From positions 1 through 31,765 of IMG/VR virus record IMGVR_UViG_3300047282_000591: a DNA stretch of 31,765 bases; one strand, written 5' to 3'. Every line of letters begins with the position of its first letter. The first letter of the stretch is position 1. The stretch is from a virus. Taxonomy: Duplodnaviria > Caudoviricetes. Of this stretch, positions 26,631 through 31,765 are shown piece by piece. A program made the translations under genes and the position numbers. Under the pieces are notes generated by a model. It made no database searches. It was not told the DNA's origin and saw nothing but the letters and a program-made list of their open reading frames with translations.

Positions 26631-26659
26631 ATGATACGGCTTATTGGTTCAGCTGTCAA
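26631..26659 (-). promoter_or_regulatory. Near-consensus sigma70 promoter
   Basis: TTGACA (26659-26654), 17-nt spacer, TATCAT (26636-26631). Confidence 0.8.
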
Positions 26660-26662
26660 CCC

Positions 26663-26836
26663 CTAGCCGTTCCAATGCCGGATCACACCCGCACAAATGA
26701 ACAGGTTTGTAACTAGATAGGAAACGAAAATGAGGGTACGGATCAAAGCAACCCTGTCCGCCTCATGGTTGTGGGCAGAAGCCTTCTCTCCTAGAGCCTT
26801 AGCCCAGATCCTCCAGAATCCGCGTCGCTTACCCAT
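26663..26836 (-). CDS. Conserved small cyanophage-type membrane protein (57 aa)
   Basis: WRIWAKALGEKA...EADRVALIRT...TNLFICAGVIRHW; likely start is ATG 26836. Confidence 0.75.
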   Translation of the reverse strand: MGKRRGFWRIWAKALGEKASAHNHEADRVALIRTLIFVSYLVTNLFICAGVIRHWNG

Positions 26837-26838
26837 AA

Positions 26839-26940
26839 TCACCCAGATGGGATTCGAACCCACATCGCCTTGTCTCGCCTCAAAGTACCGCGTCCGGAAC
26901 TGAGCGAGGGGCCGTCCTATCCGTTGGCTCGGACTGGGTG
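26839..26940 (-). ncRNA. tRNA-like RNA with intact acceptor/T-arm and an elongated non-canonical anticodon domain
   Basis: Perfect 7-bp CACCCAG/CTGGGTG+A, T-arm GTGGG-TTCGAAT-CCCAT, D-like GGATAGGAC, and a central hairpin CTCGC-TCA...TGA-G-GCGAG. Confidence 0.65.
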
Positions 26941-27025
26941 CGGGGAGACGTTATCGGACGCCTCCAGAACCGATGCCCGATGCCAAAACAGAGCGGGAAC
27001 AGGATCAATGTAGCAGAAAAATAGG

Positions 27026-27694
27026 GTGAAACAGCTCGACGACACTGTTACTATGTTGCCGTCAGACCCAAATCTCATGGATTTCGCACTAGATAAGAAA
27101 TATACGATTACCCACGCCTGGTATGAGCAGTTAATCGGCGGTTACAACGTCATTCGGCAGGAAGAACGGGCAAAAAAGCTGGTGTTTGACCCGGCAGAGA
27201 AACGTACGATCATTGAATTAGGTATTTATGAGGGTGCATCCTCCTGCTGGTGGTCCGATTACTTCCTAGATCACCCCGAAAGTCGGTTGTACTCGGTCGA
27301 TCCCTTTACAGGAAACGAGGAATATCAGCAGAACAAGGAAGATTTTCCGACACTGGACGATATCGAGGTCATCGCACGTGGCAATATCGGTAAAAGTAAG
27401 AACGCCGGTAAGGTTTCAGTTATTAAAGGCTGCTCCTGGGACGTGTTCCCTGCGCTTTCGAGGGAAATCCAAGGTCAAATTGACATCCTGTACATCGATG
27501 GTGAGCACACAGCCAATGCTGTTTGCCGAGATGCAGCGCTTTACTACCCCTTACTGAAATCAGGCGGTGCTTTGATCTTTGACGATTATGGCCACGAACA
27601 GGTCAAGCGTGGTGTAGATGGAGCTCTCAACGCTTTCGGCGGTTTAGAGAACGCCTTCTACACCGGCTGGCAGCTCTGGTGTATTAAAAAATAA
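27026..27694 (+). CDS. Class I SAM-dependent methyltransferase (Methyltransf_24-like)
   Basis: IIELGIYEGAS, YSVDPF, DILYIDGEH and GGALIFDDY; the true start may be ATG 27077. Confidence 0.88.
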   Translation: MKQLDDTVTMLPSDPNLMDFALDKKYTITHAWYEQLIGGYNVIRQEERAKKLVFDPAEKRTIIELGIYEGASSCWWSDYFLDHPESRLYSVDPFTGNEEYQQNKEDFPTLDDIEVIARGNIGKSKNAGKVSVIKGCSWDVFPALSREIQGQIDILYIDGEHTANAVCRDAALYYPLLKSGGALIFDDYGHEQVKRGVDGALNAFGGLENAFYTGWQLWCIKK

Positions 27695-27931
27695 TCAGGC
27701 AGAGCGAGAACCGCCGGCCAACATACCGGCAAGGTAATCAGCAAGGAAAGCTTCAGAGTCCATCTGAGCTTTCCGAACAGGGGGAAGAGCAGGTTGCAGT
27801 TTCTCCTGCATGTTGGGCATCAGTCGTTCTTCGCCAGGAAGAGCAGGCTGAGCGTAAGGAGTACGACCACCTTGGATCCTCACCCGCTCAAAGTCGGGAA
27901 GATTCGCCAGAAGCTCCTCGGTGGTATACAT
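27695..27931 (-). CDS. Hypothetical protein
   Basis: 78-aa ORF, convergent with and abutting the methyltransferase. Confidence 0.55.
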   Translation of the reverse strand: MYTTEELLANLPDFERVRIQGGRTPYAQPALPGEERLMPNMQEKLQPALPPVRKAQMDSEAFLADYLAGMLAGGSRSA

Positions 27932-27957
27932 AAAAGTGCAACCCTTAGATACTAATT

Positions 27958-30447
27958 CTAGCGTCCGAACAGAAGCTCAGATAAACCAAACTCACCGCGA
28001 CGTGGGTCAAAGCGCTCCTGCACTAAATCAACACGACGCTGTAACTCGTTTCGATTCTGCTGTCGTTGCATTTCCGAACGCTGAGCAGAAGTCAAAGGTT
28101 TTACTGTTGCAGTAAGGGGTTGTTCGCCCACGCGGGGTTTTGCGGAAACACCTGTACGGGGAGCTGTCCCTAAGAACTGACGAACTTTAGGAACAACACC
28201 TTCACCCGTTTCTTGGCGGACAACTTCATTAAGTGCGCGAGCGCCCGCAGTTCCGACTAAACCTGCGCCGATTCCAGGAGCTAAAGGAGCAGCTAAAGGT
28301 GTAGATAAAACACCCGCTGCGGCTGCAGCAGTAGGTAAACTCTGGACAAACTCTTGCGCCATCTGCTTACCCATAGCTGCGGGTCCTTGAGAGTAACCAG
28401 TGCGAATAGCTTCAGGACTAGGAATCAAATCGGCAGCACCCGGAAGCAGAGAAGACGGAGTTTTTTTGATCGCACTCAGTAATTCCGGAACTCCTCGGGC
28501 AGCTGCAGAGACAGGGTCTAAACCGTAATAAGCTCGTTCTCCCTCCACGCCGCGTAGATCCCGGCGTCCACGGAAGGGCTGAACTGGAACTAATCCGCCG
28601 CTCTCAGGGTCAATATACGCATACTGTCCTTCTTGTGTACGTGCGCCAAAACCAGACTGTTGGTAAGCAAGAGCACGTTTGTTAACCATCGAAGATCCCT
28701 TCCTAAAGATCTCATTACTCAGAGGCGTATTTTTGACAAGGGCACCTGCGGGTATCCCTCGCAGAGAGTTATCTCTAACAAACTTTTGTATATCCCCTTT
28801 TATATCCTCGGGTAGAGTCTGAGACGCACTGTGCTCCCCATTAACCTTAAAGCCTATGTCATATACACCAAAGAACGGTTTCTCATCTATTAAGCGAACG
28901 AAGTTCTCGTTAATGTCTGTGCGAGGAAGACTTACCGCGTCACGCTCAATAGTTACTTTGTAGGGTCTAGAGCCAGAATAAAAGGTCTCCTGAATAACAG
29001 GTTCAAAGTCATCAGGAACGTAAGGTGTATCACCTAACACATCCATTTTTTCGGATGCTGATGGATACAAAGAACTAATTTCAGCAGTACTCAAATACTT
29101 CCCGCCGCCAACACCGGCTGCTCGGGGAGAAACAGGTACAAATTTATCTTCAATGTTCTGTAAATAGTTCTCTAGATAATTTGTTACACGATTACGTTCT
29201 TCCGTATTGGCAATATTCTTTGAGAACTGAAGCATACGTTTCAAATTGGAAACGGGTTCAGCTTTATCTACATAACCGGCTGCAAGAGTCTTATATACAT
29301 ATTCTTGAACATCAGGGTTCCCCTTAGCGTTAAGGTCGTTTATAACGCGGTTTAACTCTTCTGCAGGTAACTTTTTATAATCAGAAGGAATATAACTTCC
29401 ATAGTTTTCTAGGAGAGCGCTCTTATTTAAACGACCCCCAGACGCGGTGGGCCACGAGCGTAGGGCCTCTAAATCAACTGAATCGGCATTAAGGTTGCGA
29501 GCGGTTGTTTCCGGCGTCCCATAAATCCTTCGAGATTCCGGATCTTCGGAGTCATAATCAAATTCTTCTGGTTCAGGGTAGGAAGCTTCATCAGGAAGCT
29601 CTCCTGAGTTTTGTAAGTATTCAAGAATGTAGTCTGGATCAGAGCCACGTGTGCTCAGCAGTTCATTCAAGTCATAAGCAAACTGTCCGGGAAAATCTCC
29701 GCCGATCTCGATTTGACCTAAGTTATTTCGAGTAACGAGTCGTCTCAGCGCTTCGTCGTCAGAATTTCGCTGAGCGTCGAGACTAATTGCTGTATTTGTA
29801 TTCGGAGCGTCGCGACTAATTGTTTCGTACAGAAGACGACGAGCCGCTTCGGAAGGAGAATCAGGAGAAACGTTAGATTCGGCAAGAACTTCAGGCTGAC
29901 CTAAGACAGCTAGATCTTCCGCTAGAACAGATGGACGCAGAGAGGAAGATGTTTGACGGGTGCGCTCGAAAGGACTTAGTTCATTAGTCGGTATATTTGT
30001 AGGATCTAAGCCACCTCTTTCAGTAACACGAACGCGCTGACCTGTAGAAGGTAGTGTTACCCCACGGCGTTCAGTGGATGCGTCTGGGGTTTCAGAACCG
30101 TACTGATTAGGCACCTCACCAAATAACTGTCGAAGAGCGTATGCATCCTCGAGTCCAGCCATAGCTGAACGAGGAGAACGACTCATCAAAAGATCGACAT
30201 CACGCAAAAATTGCGGGTTCGCTTGTAATGCCCTTTTAGTTCGGACAGCAGCTGCGCGTGGATTACCGGATGGATCCTGAGTTATTTCTCCAATAAGTCC
30301 GCGAAGGTTGCGAGGATCTTCAAAAAATCGGTCAATTCGACCGCGTCCTTCAAAAGGAATCTCTTGTTGATAACCGTAAGCACGACCGAGAGGCTGAATA
30401 TCTGCGGAATTTACAAAATTCTGCCACTCAGCACGATTTTCAGCCAC
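27958..30447 (-). CDS. Large hypothetical protein (829 aa)
   Basis: Long ORF with TAAACT upstream and an Ala/Gly-rich hydrophobic C-terminal segment; no family recognised. Confidence 0.8.
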   Translation of the reverse strand: MAENRAEWQNFVNSADIQPLGRAYGYQQEIPFEGRGRIDRFFEDPRNLRGLIGEITQDPSGNPRAAAVRTKRALQANPQFLRDVDLLMSRSPRSAMAGLEDAYALRQLFGEVPNQYGSETPDASTERRGVTLPSTGQRVRVTERGGLDPTNIPTNELSPFERTRQTSSSLRPSVLAEDLAVLGQPEVLAESNVSPDSPSEAARRLLYETISRDAPNTNTAISLDAQRNSDDEALRRLVTRNNLGQIEIGGDFPGQFAYDLNELLSTRGSDPDYILEYLQNSGELPDEASYPEPEEFDYDSEDPESRRIYGTPETTARNLNADSVDLEALRSWPTASGGRLNKSALLENYGSYIPSDYKKLPAEELNRVINDLNAKGNPDVQEYVYKTLAAGYVDKAEPVSNLKRMLQFSKNIANTEERNRVTNYLENYLQNIEDKFVPVSPRAAGVGGGKYLSTAEISSLYPSASEKMDVLGDTPYVPDDFEPVIQETFYSGSRPYKVTIERDAVSLPRTDINENFVRLIDEKPFFGVYDIGFKVNGEHSASQTLPEDIKGDIQKFVRDNSLRGIPAGALVKNTPLSNEIFRKGSSMVNKRALAYQQSGFGARTQEGQYAYIDPESGGLVPVQPFRGRRDLRGVEGERAYYGLDPVSAAARGVPELLSAIKKTPSSLLPGAADLIPSPEAIRTGYSQGPAAMGKQMAQEFVQSLPTAAAAAGVLSTPLAAPLAPGIGAGLVGTAGARALNEVVRQETGEGVVPKVRQFLGTAPRTGVSAKPRVGEQPLTATVKPLTSAQRSEMQRQQNRNELQRRVDLVQERFDPRRGEFGLSELLFGR

Positions 30448-30490
30448 TATTTTCGCTGAGAGTTCGATAAAGACAGTTTAAACGATAATC

Positions 30491-30646
30491 TCAACCGCCA
30501 AAACCTGAAGTAAACAGTGCGTCACCGGGGTCACGCCCGGTTGTAACCACGGTTTCGGCGCGTTTATAGAAAAAACTATCGGTCTTACCAGCTTTTTCCA
30601 ATGCTTCTTTAACTTTACGCCACTTATCTACTTGCTCTTTGTCCAT
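30491..30646 (-). CDS. Small cyanophage-type protein (51 aa)
   Basis: Not in the track. MDKEQVDKWRKVKEALEKAGKTDSFFYKRAETVVTTGRDPG... Confidence 0.7.
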   Translation of the reverse strand: MDKEQVDKWRKVKEALEKAGKTDSFFYKRAETVVTTGRDPGDALFTSGFGG

Positions 30647-30780
30647 GATTTAACAAATAAATCACTAAAAATATTCTAGGCACAAATTTCTACGGCGAAA
30701 ATTTTCTAACAATACCTTCATCATGTTGATACTCCGAGAAGTTTTACCCTAATTTGCCAGCAAAATTTACATACCCTTCT

Positions 30781-30830
30781 CGCCAGCCCCGTCGTCTAAC
30801 GCGCGTATATAAAAAAAAGGGGGGTTGGCG
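30781..30830. repeat. GC-rich inverted repeat at the edge of an AT-rich tract
   Basis: CGCCAGCCCC ... GGGGTTGGCG (10 bp, one G.U). Confidence 0.5.
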
Positions 30831-31097
30831 GGCAGGCAGGAAGTTATACATAGCGGGTGCATTTAGTTCCTTATTATTTACACAATTAATCGCAATCAAT
30901 TTGTTATTGTTTATAGTTACTGCTGTGTAATTATTATTACTGGGGGTAGGTATAACTTTTATTTTATTTCAATTCTTCAAGAGGGCTTGACCTATGGGCC
31001 AGCCTCATGGTAGACGCGCGCGCCTTGCGCGTTTCCATTAGCTAACTAGGTGCGGACCCTGACACTGTGTGCCAATCCAGAGACCGGCTGGAAGGTA

Positions 31098-31127
31098 TTG
31101 ACCTTCGAACCGGCTACCCCGTACCTT
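31098..31127 (+). promoter_or_regulatory. Rightward sigma70-type promoter
   Basis: TTGACC (31098-31103), 18-nt spacer, TACCTT (31122-31127); preceded by GTGTGCCAAT...CCGGC. Confidence 0.6.
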
Positions 31128-31165
31128 TAGGTCACTGGAGAAACGGGTTCGCCCCGGACGCCAGG

Positions 31166-31177
31166 GCACCTAGACAA
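31166..31177 (+). promoter_or_regulatory. rrn boxA-like antitermination motif 1
   Basis: GCACCTAGACAA immediately after a boxB-like hairpin (CTGG...CGGG-TTCGC-CCCG...CCAG); resembles cyanobacterial boxA GAACCTTGA(A/C)AA. Confidence 0.5.
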
Positions 31178-31321
31178 CCCGAGAGAATCCGCGACGGCCG
31201 AACGGCTACCACGCGGCGGCGGCTCGCCCCGACTCCACCCAGGTGGAAGCAGTCCGGCAGCCAAGGCAGGCATGGTGTGACCGAACGTGAGCGGCGGAAT
31301 CTTAAAGGTAACTAGGTGAAA

Positions 31322-31333
31322 GAACCTCGACAA
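31322..31333 (+). promoter_or_regulatory. rrn boxA-like antitermination motif 2
   Basis: GAACCTCGACAA. Confidence 0.5.
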
Positions 31334-31765
31334 TCTAAATAGTTAGCCGTGCTGAGATAGTTTGCACGGAAAGCCTAAGGTTCGGCTAACTGTTTTATAT
31401 ATCTGAGCAATGAAGCGGGCGCGTGCTATCCCCCGCATGTTGTGACCCGTGGGCATTATCCGGTAGGCGAACCTTACCCGCTCACGCTCTCCAACTATAT
31501 TGCGCCTTGTCAGCGGGTATCTTGTCTTTAACTAAGGCAATTAAGTGACGCTAAATGTCAGCAACCTTCGTCAAGTTGCAGCTGAATACTAACTAACTTG
31601 TCCGGTTGCAGTTAGTTACAGGTGCAGAACCTTTGTCCGCGTACCTGTGTTTGATGCAGGTACTCTGGCCATTGGACACTGAGCCCTCACCACGGCGTCG
31701 ATCCGTAGGATGGCGGGCTTAGTTATCAGCCAGTGATCATTCTGTACGTTGTAGCTAACTACATG

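Noticed and set aside
26837-26863. ORF extension MGSNPIWVI and a tmRNA interpretation of the tRNA-like element
   Set aside because: The extension is just the T-arm read as codons. There is no G3.U70 alanine identity pair and no tag reading frame for tmRNA.
31067-31333. ORFs 31067..31315 (+) and 31127..31333 (-)
   Set aside because: They are Arg/Pro/Gly-rich translations of GC hairpins, lack SD sites, and the plus-strand ORF spans the promoter itself.
1-31765. CRISPR array, integrase/att site, reverse transcriptase/DGR repeats, stop-codon reassignment
   Set aside because: No regularly spaced repeats or relevant motifs were seen by eye, and genes are intact and densely packed under code 11 using all three stops.

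Overview
This 31.8-kb window is part of a tailed dsDNA phage genome, most likely a freshwater picocyanobacterial (Synechococcus/Cyanobium-type) phage. The host is inferred from small cyanophage-type proteins and cyanobacterial rrn boxA-like motifs. Almost all genes lie on the minus strand. The left third is a head-morphogenesis module: TerL, portal, a scaffold-like protein overlapping the portal by 506 nt, the major capsid protein (MCP) and a downstream virion gene. The MCP gene is split by a 1126-nt group I intron (1528-2653) whose splice sites, P1/P10 and catalytic core can be read directly from the sequence. Its P8 loop carries a two-motif LAGLIDADG endonuclease encoded on the opposite strand. 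Glycan enzymes (GT17, GT4, GT2/GT-A-like, a GH130-like propeller, RfbB, two SAM methyltransferases) are interleaved with the structural genes. The right half holds accessory genes, a sigma70-driven envelope cassette (SH3b, Pro-rich, Tlde1/YkuD-like), two tRNAs and an atypical 102-nt tRNA-like RNA. It ends in a non-coding divergent control region with a sigma70 promoter, two boxA-like motifs and a hairpin-rich leader. All family assignments come from motif recognition by eye; no database searches were run.
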